From the NCBI GenBank assembly GCA_963787125.1, contig CAWBBV010000020.1, forward strand, positions 10,393 through 74,392: a stretch of 64,000 bases of DNA. Reading direction: 5' to 3'. How positions within the stretch are numbered: position 1 is the first letter of the stretch; the number at the start of each line of letters is the position of its first letter. This DNA comes from an uncultured delta proteobacterium. GTDB lineage: Bacteria > Desulfobacterota > Desulfuromonadia > Geobacterales > DSM-12255. A program made the position numbers and the translations under genes. Of this stretch, positions 19,498-29,376 are shown piece by piece. The notes under the pieces are model-generated. The model saw only the letters and a list, made by a program, of their open reading frames with translations, ran no database searches and had not been told where the DNA came from.

Positions 19498-21801
19498 TCA
19501 AGCTACCCCTGCCAACTCCAGCCGTCCGCCCCAGCGCTTGACCATCTCTTCTTTGAGACGGGCATGTTCGGCCAGCTTCAGCTCAGGATCCCGCTCAATC
19601 AGCGTGAAAGCTTCCCGCCTGGCCTCTTCAAGGATGCGGCCGTCGCGCAGAATACTGGCGACTCGAAACTCCGGCAGACCGGCCTGGCGTGTGCCGAGGA
19701 AGTCACCGGGGCCGCGAATCTCGAGATCGGCTTCGGCAATTCTGAAGCCGTCGGTTGTCGCTTCCATTACCCGCAGCCGTTTCACGCCATCGTCAGAGAG
19801 ACGCTCTGAGGCGATCAGCAAACACTGGGAATCGTGGCTCCCCCGCCCTACTCTGCCACGCAGCTGATGCAGTTGGGAAAGTCCGAACCTCTCCGCATGC
19901 TCTATCACCATCACCGTTGCGTTCGGCACATCTATGCCGACTTCAATTACTGTTGTCGCCACCAGAATATGGATCTCGTTTGCCTTGAATGAGGCCATGA
20001 CAGCCTCTTTCTCTTCCGGTTTCAGCCTGCCATGAAGCAGCCCCACTCTGAATTCCGGAAAAGCACCACTCTGGAGCTCTTCCGCCATCTGGGCTGCCGC
20101 CTTCAGCTCCGATTTTTCCGACTCTTCAACCAATGGACAGATTATATAAGCCTGTCTGCCGCTGTTGACCTCATCACGAATGACCCCATAGATCTGCTTA
20201 CGCCTTGTTTCAGCAAAGATTCTGGTCCGAATGGGAGTACGGCCCGGGGGCAACTCATCAATGACCGAGAGGGAAAGATCGCCAAAAACCGTCATCGCCA
20301 GCGTCCTTGGTATCGGCGTGGCTGTCATGACAAGGATGTCCGGGTTTTCACCTTTCTTTTTCAAAATCCCCCGCTGCAACACTCCGAAACGGTGCTGTTC
20401 ATCGATGATCCCAAGCCCTAGTCGATAAAACTCCACCTTGTCCTGAATAACCGCATGAGTACCGATGATGATTTGAGCCTCACCGTTTGCCACCTGTTCC
20501 AGCAGCCCTTCCCGCTCTTTCCCTTTCTGGGAAGCGGTCAGGAGGACCGCCTTGACTCCAAGAGAATCGCACCAGGCATGAATATTAAGAAAGTGCTGCT
20601 CGGCAAGTATCTCCGTCGGTGCCATAAAGGCAGCCTGATAGCCGTTTTCAACTGCAACCAGCGCTGCCATCAGGGCAACCATGGTCTTGCCGCTCCCCAC
20701 ATCTCCCTGCACAAGCCGGTGCATCGGAAAAGGCGCCATCATATCTTCTTTAATTTCCGAGAGAACCCGCCGCTGGGCATGGGTCAGGGTAAAGGGCAGG
20801 AGCTTTAACAACGGCTTAGTGTAGGTGTGATTGACCTCGAAGGCTATCCCTTCTTCCATGGTGAAACCGCGCCTTTTTAGTGCCAGACCAAGTTCAAGAT
20901 AAAAGAACTCATCAAAGACCAGAGTATGATGAGCTGGCGAAGCGCCACAGTTTATCTGCACTAGATCGGCTTCGGTCGAAGGAAAATGTGCTTCTCGCAA
21001 AGCGTCGGCAAGCGACAGGAGGTGATGTCTGGCGAGAATCTCTGCACCGATAAAACTTTCGACATTGCCGGCATAGTTGTCAACAACCTGTTTCATCAGA
21101 TGGCGCATGGCTTTCTGATTGAGACCTTCCGTAAGATGGTATACCGGCACGATCCTGCCGTAGGTCGCCGGATCACGAGCCATGACAGCAGCAATGTCGT
21201 CTTCAGCAGCGATCCACTCCACCTCGGGATGATGAATCTCACGATGATAACCGAACTGGTTCACTTCCCCGGTAAAAATTCCTCTTCGGCCGGGATGCCA
21301 CGCTTTCTTCATCCAGACAGCATTAAAGTTGAACCATTTGAGCGCTATTGTAGCGGCACCGTCGCCGACAACTACCTCATACTGCTTTCTCCCTCCGCGG
21401 GTAGATGAAACGGTCGCCGAGACAACAACCCCTGCGAATACTTCCGTATGCCCCGGCCGAAGCTTGGCGATCTCACGCAACTCGCGGCGATCCTCGTAAC
21501 GATGCGGAAGCTGATACAGTGCGTCTTCAACCGTTTTAACGCCAAGACGCTCAAAAACTTCGACAAGTTTTGGCCCTACGCCCTTAATATAATGCATCCC
21601 GGTTGCGAGATTTTTCTGTTTTATTGAATCAGCTATAAGGGGTCTGGACTGTGACTCTTGCCGTTTCACTGGAGTGAGCACAAGCCTGCCGCTATTGTCC
21701 AGTTCGGCGTAAAACTCCGTCCCTGGAGTTACCGCTAGAGATTCAAGCATTTCCTGCGGAATTTTGAGCAGATTCTCTTTTTCCAGCCTGACAGTTGTCA
21801 T
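19498..21801 (-). CDS. recG: ATP-dependent DNA helicase RecG with N-terminal AbrB-like extension
   Basis: Wedge domain, QGDVGSGKT, DEQH, TATPIPRT, QLRGRVGR, DLEIRGPG. Confidence 0.95.
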   Translation of the reverse strand: MTTVRLEKENLLKIPQEMLESLAVTPGTEFYAELDNSGRLVLTPVKRQESQSRPLIADSIKQKNLATGMHYIKGVGPKLVEVFERLGVKTVEDALYQLPHRYEDRRELREIAKLRPGHTEVFAGVVVSATVSSTRGGRKQYEVVVGDGAATIALKWFNFNAVWMKKAWHPGRRGIFTGEVNQFGYHREIHHPEVEWIAAEDDIAAVMARDPATYGRIVPVYHLTEGLNQKAMRHLMKQVVDNYAGNVESFIGAEILARHHLLSLADALREAHFPSTEADLVQINCGASPAHHTLVFDEFFYLELGLALKRRGFTMEEGIAFEVNHTYTKPLLKLLPFTLTHAQRRVLSEIKEDMMAPFPMHRLVQGDVGSGKTMVALMAALVAVENGYQAAFMAPTEILAEQHFLNIHAWCDSLGVKAVLLTASQKGKEREGLLEQVANGEAQIIIGTHAVIQDKVEFYRLGLGIIDEQHRFGVLQRGILKKKGENPDILVMTATPIPRTLAMTVFGDLSLSVIDELPPGRTPIRTRIFAETRRKQIYGVIRDEVNSGRQAYIICPLVEESEKSELKAAAQMAEELQSGAFPEFRVGLLHGRLKPEEKEAVMASFKANEIHILVATTVIEVGIDVPNATVMVIEHAERFGLSQLHQLRGRVGRGSHDSQCLLIASERLSDDGVKRLRVMEATTDGFRIAEADLEIRGPGDFLGTRQAGLPEFRVASILRDGRILEEARREAFTLIERDPELKLAEHARLKEEMVKRWGGRLELAGVA

Positions 21802-22055
21802 GCAGTCATCCTTAGGGCAGGCAACAGTTTTATTGATCTCTAAGACACACTATATATCACGGGTTCAAGAATAATGGTACAGGTATGCAGACCTATACCA
21901 GGCGGCTGAATTTTACCTGAACCTTACCGAAACGTAAGCGGAAACGGTTTAATAATCAATCTGCATGGAAACATCCTTTTAGCTTGACCCTCACCTTACA
22001 TTTAAGCTATATCCTCACAATCTTGTTGGAATATTGTCTTTAGGGGGAGAAGCCG

Positions 22056-23057
22056 ATGCATCTGATGGACACAATCAAAGAGAAGGCAAAAAACAGTCTG
22101 CAAACCGTTGTGCTGCCGGAAAGTTATGATGAAAGGATGCTCTTTGCCGCTGAAAAGATTGTGGAGCAGGGATTGGCAAAAGTTATCATCCTCGGCAATA
22201 CCGCCGAAGTCAGAGCAGTTGCAGCGAGCAAAGGGATCAACCTTGCGGGTGTGGAAATAGTGGACCCGGTTACATCGCCTAAACTCGAAGGTTACATCGC
22301 CGCGTTCGTCGAACTGCGCAAGAGTAAGGGGCTGACAGCCGACGAGGCAAGAAAAATCCTCACCGATAAGGACAATCTTTACTTTGCCGGGATGATGGTA
22401 AGGCAAGGCGATGCAGGGGGAGAGGTTGCCGGAGCGACCGGCACAACCGGCAATGTTCTTAAAGCCGCTTTTCAGACCGTTGGCACAGCTCCAGGCATAA
22501 AAACAGTTTCGTCCTACTTCTTTATGGTAACCAAGACACCCTCTTTCGGCGAAAACGGCATCATTCTTTTTGCCGACTGCGCTGTGAACCCGAACCCAGA
22601 TGCACAGGCGCTGGCCGAAATTGCAGTTGCCACGGCACGGAACTGCAAAAACTTTCTCGACGTCGACGCCAGGGTTGCCATGCTCTCCTTCTCGACAAAA
22701 GGGAGTGCAACCCACGGCGATGTAGACAAGGTGCTCGCCGCCATAGAGATCGCTAAAAAGATCGATCCAAACCTGCAGATTGACGGAGAACTTCAGGCAG
22801 ATGCCGCACTGCTGCCTAAAGTCGGCGAGAAAAAAGCTCCGGGAAGTCCAGTTGCCGGGAAAGCCAATGTCCTGATATTCCCGGACCTTGATGCCGGCAA
22901 TATCGGCTACAAGCTTGTTGAGCGCGTTGCCGGTGCAGAAGCGATCGGACCGGTCATCCAGGGGCTTGCCAAACCGGTCAACGATCTCTCCAGAGGCTGC
23001 TCAATTGATGATATTGTCAATGTAGTTGCCATTACTGCGGTTCAAGCTCAAGGCTGA
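22056..23057 (+). CDS. pta: Phosphate acetyltransferase
   Basis: VVLPES, FADCAVNPNP, MLSFSTKGS, DGELQADAA, DLSRGC. Confidence 0.95.
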   Translation: MHLMDTIKEKAKNSLQTVVLPESYDERMLFAAEKIVEQGLAKVIILGNTAEVRAVAASKGINLAGVEIVDPVTSPKLEGYIAAFVELRKSKGLTADEARKILTDKDNLYFAGMMVRQGDAGGEVAGATGTTGNVLKAAFQTVGTAPGIKTVSSYFFMVTKTPSFGENGIILFADCAVNPNPDAQALAEIAVATARNCKNFLDVDARVAMLSFSTKGSATHGDVDKVLAAIEIAKKIDPNLQIDGELQADAALLPKVGEKKAPGSPVAGKANVLIFPDLDAGNIGYKLVERVAGAEAIGPVIQGLAKPVNDLSRGCSIDDIVNVVAITAVQAQG

Positions 23058-23080
23058 AAAATTCAGATCATTACGAACGT

Positions 23081-23116
23081 ATTAAGGCCGATGAAGTTGT
23101 CTTCATCGGCCTTAAT
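23081..23116. terminator. Hairpin between convergent pta and ackA (probable bidirectional terminator)
   Basis: ATTAAGGCCGATGAAG-ttgt-CTTCATCGGCCTTAAT. Confidence 0.8.
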
Positions 23117-23142
23117 TTATATAAACTAGATTTTTTTCAATA

Positions 23143-24408
23143 TTACTTTCTGACGAAATCCGGTTTTGAAAATGTATAGGTAAAGTTCATGTGATCAGTG
23201 TAGGTTCCAGCCAGAATAGCCGCAACATCCTCCGTAAACACCAACTCTTCATCAGTAGGGATTACATACACTTTGACCGGTGAGTCATCAGTAGTGATGA
23301 GAGTTTCACGTTTTCTGGTCATTGCCCCCTTGTTACGCTCCTTGTCGAGGCATATACCAATATGCTCAAGCCCTTCAATAGCCTTCTCTCTTATCAGCCA
23401 ACCCATCTCACCAACACCAGCAGTAAAAACGACTGCGTCAAGCTTGCCGATTATCGCCATATAAGAACCGATATATTTTTTAAGCCTGTAAGCCTCGATT
23501 TCAAGAGAGAGCTGACAAAGTTTATCCCCGGCATTTGCGTGCTCAATCACATCTCTTCTATCGGTAAAACGACCGGTTATGCCGAGAACACCGCTTTTTT
23601 TATTAAGAATGCCATCTATCTCTTTGGCAGAAAGATTTTCCTTCTGCATCATAAAGGCAGGGATCGCCGGATCAATATCGCCACACCTGGTTCCCATCAT
23701 GGCGCCTTCTAGCGGTGTCAATCCCATAGACGTATCTACAGAGAGACCATTCTTTATTGCGCAGTGGGAAACTCCGTTCCCTATGTGCATTGTTATTATA
23801 TTAAGATCCGCAGCTTTCTTGCCAAGTATAGCTGCAGCCCTCTTTGACACATAAAGGTGAGACGTACCGTGGAAGCCATAGCGACGAACACCGTGCGCTT
23901 CATACCACTCATAAGGCACAGGATAAAGGTAAGCATATTCCGGCATAGTCTGATGAAAGGCAGTATCAAAAATTGCAATATGCGGCACATTCGGCAGAAC
24001 CGCCTGGGCAGCCTCAATGCCTGAAATATTGGGAGGATTGTGCAGTGGGGCAAGGTGCTGTACCTCTTTGACAGCGTCAAGTACAGCTTCATCAATCATG
24101 ACTGAACAGGTGAACTTCTCGCCGCCATGGACAACTCTGTGACCAACTGCTGAAATCTCACTTATTTCAGAGAGAACACCATGATCAGGGTCGGTAAGCG
24201 TTCGGATAATAAGGTCGACTGCAACCTGATGATCAGGACAGTCGTATTCATAGCGGTAAGATTCCCGCCCCGGCACCTCATGAAGAATAAATGAGTCACC
24301 GATAATGACACGTTCAACCATCCCCTTGGCAATCACCTCCATCAGGTTCCAGTCAAAAAGTTGATATTTAACAGAAGAACTTCCACAGTTAAGCGCCAGA
24401 ATCTGCAT
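23143..24408 (-). CDS. ackA: Acetate kinase
   Basis: LNCGSSSVK, GHRVVHGG, FDTAFH, YGFHGTSH, FTAGVGE, IPTDEE. Confidence 0.96.
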   Translation of the reverse strand: MQILALNCGSSSVKYQLFDWNLMEVIAKGMVERVIIGDSFILHEVPGRESYRYEYDCPDHQVAVDLIIRTLTDPDHGVLSEISEISAVGHRVVHGGEKFTCSVMIDEAVLDAVKEVQHLAPLHNPPNISGIEAAQAVLPNVPHIAIFDTAFHQTMPEYAYLYPVPYEWYEAHGVRRYGFHGTSHLYVSKRAAAILGKKAADLNIITMHIGNGVSHCAIKNGLSVDTSMGLTPLEGAMMGTRCGDIDPAIPAFMMQKENLSAKEIDGILNKKSGVLGITGRFTDRRDVIEHANAGDKLCQLSLEIEAYRLKKYIGSYMAIIGKLDAVVFTAGVGEMGWLIREKAIEGLEHIGICLDKERNKGAMTRKRETLITTDDSPVKVYVIPTDEELVFTEDVAAILAGTYTDHMNFTYTFSKPDFVRK

Positions 24409-24424
24409 TTCAACACCCCTTTTG

Positions 24425-24434
24425 TTGTATACAA
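24425..24434. promoter_or_regulatory. Palindromic operator-like site TTGTATACAA next to the ackA RBS
   Basis: Perfect 10-bp palindrome about 16 nt upstream of the ackA ATG. Confidence 0.5.
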
Positions 24435-24683
24435 TATTCTATAACATCATATAATTTCGTATTTTTTCGATGTGAGTAAATAAGTCGCGCAGCTTGTTAA
24501 GCCAGAATAAAACTGCTTTTTATAATACAGAAGGAATCACTTCTGTTCAAGTTTTTTGTAACATCTAAACCAATAAAGCAGCGAGCAGCGTCATGAGTAA
24601 ATTATTTTTTTGTTGTCACGCCTGAAAAATCTATGTTAAGTTAATGATTGACCAATTACTACCCAACAAAAGGGAGGATAAAC

Positions 24684-25109
24684 GTGAAGAAAATTGCTGT
24701 AGTTCTTGCTGTACTTGCACTCGCAGTTGCAGGGTGCCAGAAAAAAGAAGAAGCTCCTAAAGCTGCTGCTGCTCCCCAGGCAGGCGCACCTCAAATGCCA
24801 GCTGGCGCTGCTCCAGGCGGAGATCCACACGCTGGACTCAAGCCAATGGAAATTCCTGCTGGTGCCGGTCACAAAGGCAAAGTGCTTCAGACCATGGATG
24901 CTGGCTCCTATACTTACGTAGAAGTTGAGGAAAAAGGCCAGAAACTCTGGATCGCAGTAATGAAAGAAGCTCTTGTAAAAGAAGGCGTTAAGATTGGCGA
25001 CACCATCGAGTTCCCTGACTCACCACCGATGGTAAACTTCCAGAGCAAAGAACTCAAGAAGACCTTCGAAAAAGTTATCTTCTCTGCAGGCCTGCGCAAA
25101 TCTAAGTAA
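24684..25109 (+). CDS. Lipoprotein with Pro/Ala linker and OB-fold-like domain
   Basis: GGAGG then GTG at 24684; lipobox AVAG-C; GKVLQTMDAGSYTYVEV. Confidence 0.75.
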   Translation: MKKIAVVLAVLALAVAGCQKKEEAPKAAAAPQAGAPQMPAGAAPGGDPHAGLKPMEIPAGAGHKGKVLQTMDAGSYTYVEVEEKGQKLWIAVMKEALVKEGVKIGDTIEFPDSPPMVNFQSKELKKTFEKVIFSAGLRKSK

Positions 25110-25135
25110 CAACAAAAAACAATTGAATTGAATAA

Positions 25136-25172
25136 TAAAAAAAGCGGAACCTTATCGGTTCCGCTTTTTTTA
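25136..25172. terminator. Bidirectional intrinsic terminator
   Basis: AAAAAAAGCGGAAC...GTTCCGCTTTTTTT. Confidence 0.85.
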
Positions 25173-25193
25173 TTCCAACTGACAGCAGAAATG

Positions 25194-26267
25194 TTACGGC
25201 AGTTTTGCCGTATCAACTCCAAGCATATCATTTTTCTGGGCATCATCCGCGGTCTCTTCTTCAACACCTAGCATCAACTCATCAAGATTAAACCGTTCCG
25301 GAGAAATTTTGGCAATTCTTTTGGCACCAATAAAGCGCGAGCGATAATAAGGGGTGTCTACTGACGAGATAACAACCTTACGATCTCGGGATGAAGCATG
25401 AATCATTCTGTTGCCACCGAGATAAATTCCAACATGAGAGGGAAAAGATGCATACGTCCGGAAAAAAACCAGGTCCCCTTTCTGCATGTCGCCGCGAATG
25501 ACAAGATCACCTTTTTCAAACTGCTCTCTGGCAGTCCTCGGCAAAGCAACTTCCATTTCATTGAAAACTTTTTGAACAAAAGCAGAACAGTCGAGACCGT
25601 TTTTAGACGTTCCGCCAAAACGATAGCGTGTACCCAAAAACCCGAATGCCTTGGTTTTAAGAAGTTTTACGTTGTCTGCGGTGAAGTCTGCATCCTTTTG
25701 AACACGAAGATTAACTGAATCCTGATCCAAGAGATCGGCAAGTGACTGCTCATACTCTTTCTCACTCAAAAGATCAGTGTACCGAAGTGAAGGCTTTGCC
25801 GCCACTTGTCTGCCAGAACTGACTTCAGTATCACTATCATGAAGCGCCAAAATCTGACCAGGCTTCAATTTTCCCTTAGCCAGACCGTTCAGTCGCTTCA
25901 ACTCAGCAACTGTCACACCGGTCTTTTTAGCGACCTTGGCAATAGTATCACCTTTTTTGACTTTATAGGGTTTAGCCGCTTCTAAAGCAGAATCAGAGAG
26001 CGCCACTTTTGAACCGCGCGGAGGAATCACAAGGATATCCCCTGGTTTTATGCTTGAATTGAGTCGATTATTGGCTTCTTTAAGATCGTTTACCGGAACG
26101 TGGTATTTATTGGCAAGGGATGTAAGGGTCTCGTTCTTTTTTACTTTATGGGTCTTGGCAGCAAAAGATGCTGTCGGTATAGAGAGTAAAAGGGCTAGAA
26201 GCAGTATGCTTATTCTTCTACAGGTCATCCTCCCCCCGATATCGTTACGTTTTACTATTGAGTTCAT
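25194..26267 (-). CDS. LysM-LysM-NlpC/P60 peptidoglycan endopeptidase
   Basis: Signal peptide, two LysM repeats (HKVKKNETL, YKVKKGDTI), DCSAF, SHVGIY, IHAS. The start may be MTCRR. Confidence 0.9.
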   Translation of the reverse strand: MNSIVKRNDIGGRMTCRRISILLLALLLSIPTASFAAKTHKVKKNETLTSLANKYHVPVNDLKEANNRLNSSIKPGDILVIPPRGSKVALSDSALEAAKPYKVKKGDTIAKVAKKTGVTVAELKRLNGLAKGKLKPGQILALHDSDTEVSSGRQVAAKPSLRYTDLLSEKEYEQSLADLLDQDSVNLRVQKDADFTADNVKLLKTKAFGFLGTRYRFGGTSKNGLDCSAFVQKVFNEMEVALPRTAREQFEKGDLVIRGDMQKGDLVFFRTYASFPSHVGIYLGGNRMIHASSRDRKVVISSVDTPYYRSRFIGAKRIAKISPERFNLDELMLGVEEETADDAQKNDMLGVDTAKLP

Positions 26268-26276
26268 ACGGCGCTA

Positions 26277-26305
26277 GATATATAACAATTAAAGCCAATT
26301 GTCAA
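26277..26305 (-). promoter_or_regulatory. Candidate sigma-70 promoter of the NlpC/P60 gene
   Basis: Minus strand TTGACA-17nt-TATATC. Confidence 0.45.
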
Positions 26306-26334
26306 CCATCTCTTCCCGATCACTCTATAACACC

Positions 26335-27732
26335 TCACCTGACCACAACTATTTTCGCTTTAACAGATTCACCTGATTTAAGTTGTACTTGCGGCGACGG
26401 AGAAAGCAACTTAACCTCTAAGACCTGACTTCCGGTTATGTCGCCAAGATCAACAGGCTCAGTAGATATCTGACTCAAGTGGGCCAGGGCGGACTCCGCT
26501 CCTTCTACTCTGACCGAAACTGGTTCAATGATTATCGATTTCAGCCTGAGCCCTTTAGGAAGCCGGCCAATTTTTTTCAGATAAACGGGAAGATCGCGAT
26601 ACTTTTTCACCTCTGCAACAATCTTCAATACGGCCGGAGTCACCTTGACAACAGAAACGCCAAGGGGAAGCAGAAATGCCTTCGCTTCAACTGGAACTGT
26701 ATTTACCCCCTCACGAATCTTTGAAAGGTCGATGTCAGCTGCGATTTCAAGCTTCTTTGAGCCGACAAATAATGTCGAGAGAACTTTAAGCTGCACCTCC
26801 AACTCTGCGGGAATGTCGTTTTTAAGCAGCATGTTTTCAGGCAACCCATGGAACTTTAACTGGGAGGTGACAGCCTGAACACCACCCTGCCTGGCATTTA
26901 ACAGTAGCCAGCATGTAACTACCAAAAGAAACGTTACGAATTTGGGCATAAGGTTCTTTAGCAGCCGATCCCTGAGTGAAAACCTGACAACATCCACGTG
27001 GCTGACAATGAGAGAATCCTCAAGAAGCCTGGTCAACTCTTCGGTTGAACGAATTGCCAGCAGGTCCCCTCCTGAAGCCGCTGAAACCTCGCCACGCTCT
27101 TCTGAAACAACCAGCACCAATGCATCGGTTTTTTCAGTCAGGCCAAGTGCGGCTCTGTGTCTGGTACCAAGATGCTGCGGCAGTTCACTGCTGAGGGAAA
27201 GTGGCAGGTGGGATGACGCTTCGGATATTCTGGAATTCCTGATTATTACTGCTCCATCATGAAGCGGAGCGCCATCCTCAAAGATACTTGCAAGAAGCTG
27301 ACTACTGACAAGACTATCGAGCGGCACACCATGAAGTAACTGGTCATCAAGCTTCTCTTGGCGCTCAAATACTATGAGTGCTCCTGTGCGCTTCTCGGCA
27401 AGAGCAAAAACTGTTGAGGCAATCCCGTGAATATCCAACGTCACTGGTTCATCATTTCGATTAAAAAAGTTGCGCAGCAGGCTGAAGCGATAAAGCGCCT
27501 GCCTGATTTCGCCCTGAAAAACAACAATAATAAGGACAAAGATGACCGTGCCAAGCTCCTGAAGTACCCAGCTCGTCATGAAGAGTCCAAGATTCTTTGT
27601 CAGCATGTAAAGGAGCACCAGAGAGCCTAGCCCAATGACCACCTGCAAAGCGCGAGTCTTTCTGAACCAGAAGTAAAGCTGATAGACAAGAATCGTCATT
27701 ATCAGTATGTCGGCAATATCTTGAATACGCAT
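26335..27732 (-). CDS. cdaA: Diadenylate cyclase CdaA fused to CdaR/YbbR domains
   Basis: Three N-terminal TMs, DAC motifs LHDGA and GTRHRAA, a further TM, then YbbR-like repeats (EPVSVRVEG, TEPVDL). Confidence 0.88.
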   Translation of the reverse strand: MRIQDIADILIMTILVYQLYFWFRKTRALQVVIGLGSLVLLYMLTKNLGLFMTSWVLQELGTVIFVLIIVVFQGEIRQALYRFSLLRNFFNRNDEPVTLDIHGIASTVFALAEKRTGALIVFERQEKLDDQLLHGVPLDSLVSSQLLASIFEDGAPLHDGAVIIRNSRISEASSHLPLSLSSELPQHLGTRHRAALGLTEKTDALVLVVSEERGEVSAASGGDLLAIRSTEELTRLLEDSLIVSHVDVVRFSLRDRLLKNLMPKFVTFLLVVTCWLLLNARQGGVQAVTSQLKFHGLPENMLLKNDIPAELEVQLKVLSTLFVGSKKLEIAADIDLSKIREGVNTVPVEAKAFLLPLGVSVVKVTPAVLKIVAEVKKYRDLPVYLKKIGRLPKGLRLKSIIIEPVSVRVEGAESALAHLSQISTEPVDLGDITGSQVLEVKLLSPSPQVQLKSGESVKAKIVVVR

Positions 27733-27853
27733 CTGTCAGACCTGTAACGATTTCAGTGGAAAGGGTGGGGAAAGATGTGATACTAAAACGACTCCGTCAA
27801 TCTGGCAGCCGCCTGATTTGATAGCATTTTCAGCCTTAAAAGGACAGGGATAA

Positions 27854-28570
27854 ATGTATCGTCTTACCAATAAAGGAGAGAATATCCGGGCGATGTTCGA
27901 CTCCATTGCTCCGCGTTACGATTTACTTAACCGGCTTTTGAGTCTTGGCATAGACAGACGCTGGCGGCGCTTTGCGGTAAGACAGATCAAGTTTAAAGAA
28001 GGTGGGAGCATTCTTGATGTAGCAACGGGAACTGCCGATGTTGCCCTGGAGATAGCAGCATACACGCCTGAATCGGTATCTATCACTGGAGCCGATTTCT
28101 CAGAGCAGATGGTGGAACTCGGGCGGGAAAAGGTCAGACAGTCTGCTTACTCCAGCAGGATTACCCTGCAGGTCGCCCCCTGTGAATCCATGCCATTTGA
28201 AGACAACCGCTTCGAATCTGCCACCATTGCCTTTGGCATAAGAAATGTTGTTGACCGACTCTGCGGCTTGAAAGAGATACTGCGAGTTCTCAAACCTGAA
28301 GGCAGGATTGTCATTCTTGAGTTTTCAAATCCACGTTCAAGGGTTATCAAGGCAGCGTACAACTTCTACTTCCTCAAAATCCTGCCATTGGTAGGGGGAC
28401 TCGTATCAAATTTCAGCGCTTACAAATATCTGCCTGATTCAGTCCTGGAGTTCCCTTCACAGGAAGATTTCAAGGGAATCATGTCAGCGGCAGGATTCAG
28501 AAATATTAAACACAACGATCTTACTTTCGGAATAGCAACGGTATATACAGGAGATAAGCCCTCTACTTGA
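27854..28570 (+). CDS. ubiE: Demethylmenaquinone methyltransferase (UbiE/MenG)
   Basis: MFDSIAPRYDLLNRLLSLG, LDVATGTAD, AFGIRNV, YKYLPDS. Confidence 0.93.
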   Translation: MYRLTNKGENIRAMFDSIAPRYDLLNRLLSLGIDRRWRRFAVRQIKFKEGGSILDVATGTADVALEIAAYTPESVSITGADFSEQMVELGREKVRQSAYSSRITLQVAPCESMPFEDNRFESATIAFGIRNVVDRLCGLKEILRVLKPEGRIVILEFSNPRSRVIKAAYNFYFLKILPLVGGLVSNFSAYKYLPDSVLEFPSQEDFKGIMSAAGFRNIKHNDLTFGIATVYTGDKPST

Positions 28571-28583
28571 GGAGTAATTATGA

Positions 28584-29162
28584 TTATTTGAATTTGAAGA
28601 TAAACCTCGTTCCGTATTTTTCCTCTCGTTCATCCACTCCCGGCCTGTCAACCTTCCCGAAGGTAGAATTATCATAAAAGAAATTGAGATTGACCCCCTC
28701 TTTCAAAGGGACTCCAAGCTCGCTTCGCCAAGACAGCCTACCTGAATTTTTAAAGAGCTCTTTATTTGTTGCACCTTCTGCGGTTCTTGTACTTACGCTA
28801 GTTTCATGAGTGTAAACAGGGATTTTAGCGACTGTAATCAATGAAACATCTCCGATAACATTCAGCTTGCCACCAGCTTCACCATGCACCCTATGGGTCG
28901 TCTGCGTAATACCACCACCAACATCATTCTCACGTGCATCGTGGGAAACAGACAATTGCGGCTCCAGAAGTGGCTTAACAGTACTGGTGGAGTTGTCAAT
29001 CGAGAATCGCTCCACGTCAAAAAACTTCAACTGCTGCTTTGGCTCCGAAAGGGAAGGCACTCCAAGGTCGGCAGCAACTGCACTGACAGAGGAGCAAGCA
29101 AAAACCAGCGCGGAAAGCAGCACAGATAAACAGTCTAGACGATGCGGGCTTTTATTTCTCAT
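28584..29162 (-). CDS. Hypothetical exported protein, possibly a small outer-membrane beta-barrel
   Basis: Signal peptide, amphipathic strands, C-terminal YGTRFIFKFK. Confidence 0.6.
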   Translation of the reverse strand: MRNKSPHRLDCLSVLLSALVFACSSVSAVAADLGVPSLSEPKQQLKFFDVERFSIDNSTSTVKPLLEPQLSVSHDARENDVGGGITQTTHRVHGEAGGKLNVIGDVSLITVAKIPVYTHETSVSTRTAEGATNKELFKNSGRLSWRSELGVPLKEGVNLNFFYDNSTFGKVDRPGVDEREEKYGTRFIFKFK

Positions 29163-29242
29163 GCTCTCTCCTTATGATTTGCATTTTATACTAACCGTAA
29201 CCGCTAATGCAAATATTCAGCAAAAGTTGAAAAAAGGAATTT

Positions 29243-29256
29243 TTGACGCAGGTCAA
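29243..29256. promoter_or_regulatory. CRP/FNR-family (HcpR-type) binding site upstream of hcp
   Basis: Perfect TTGAC-GCAG-GTCAA about 120 nt upstream of the hcp ATG. Confidence 0.75.
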
Positions 29257-29376
29257 GGAAGGTTGCAGAGAAACAGGATAATTTCAGTCCAGAAGATTGC
29301 AGATGACTTTTTGTCTGTTAGAATTCAAAGACTTGATTTGTAAAAATTATTAATTAACACCACAAAGGAGACAAAA

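Noticed and set aside
21875..21890. Sigma-54 promoter TGGTACAGGTATGCA before pta
   Set aside because: GG-to-GC spacing is 9 nt instead of the required 10.
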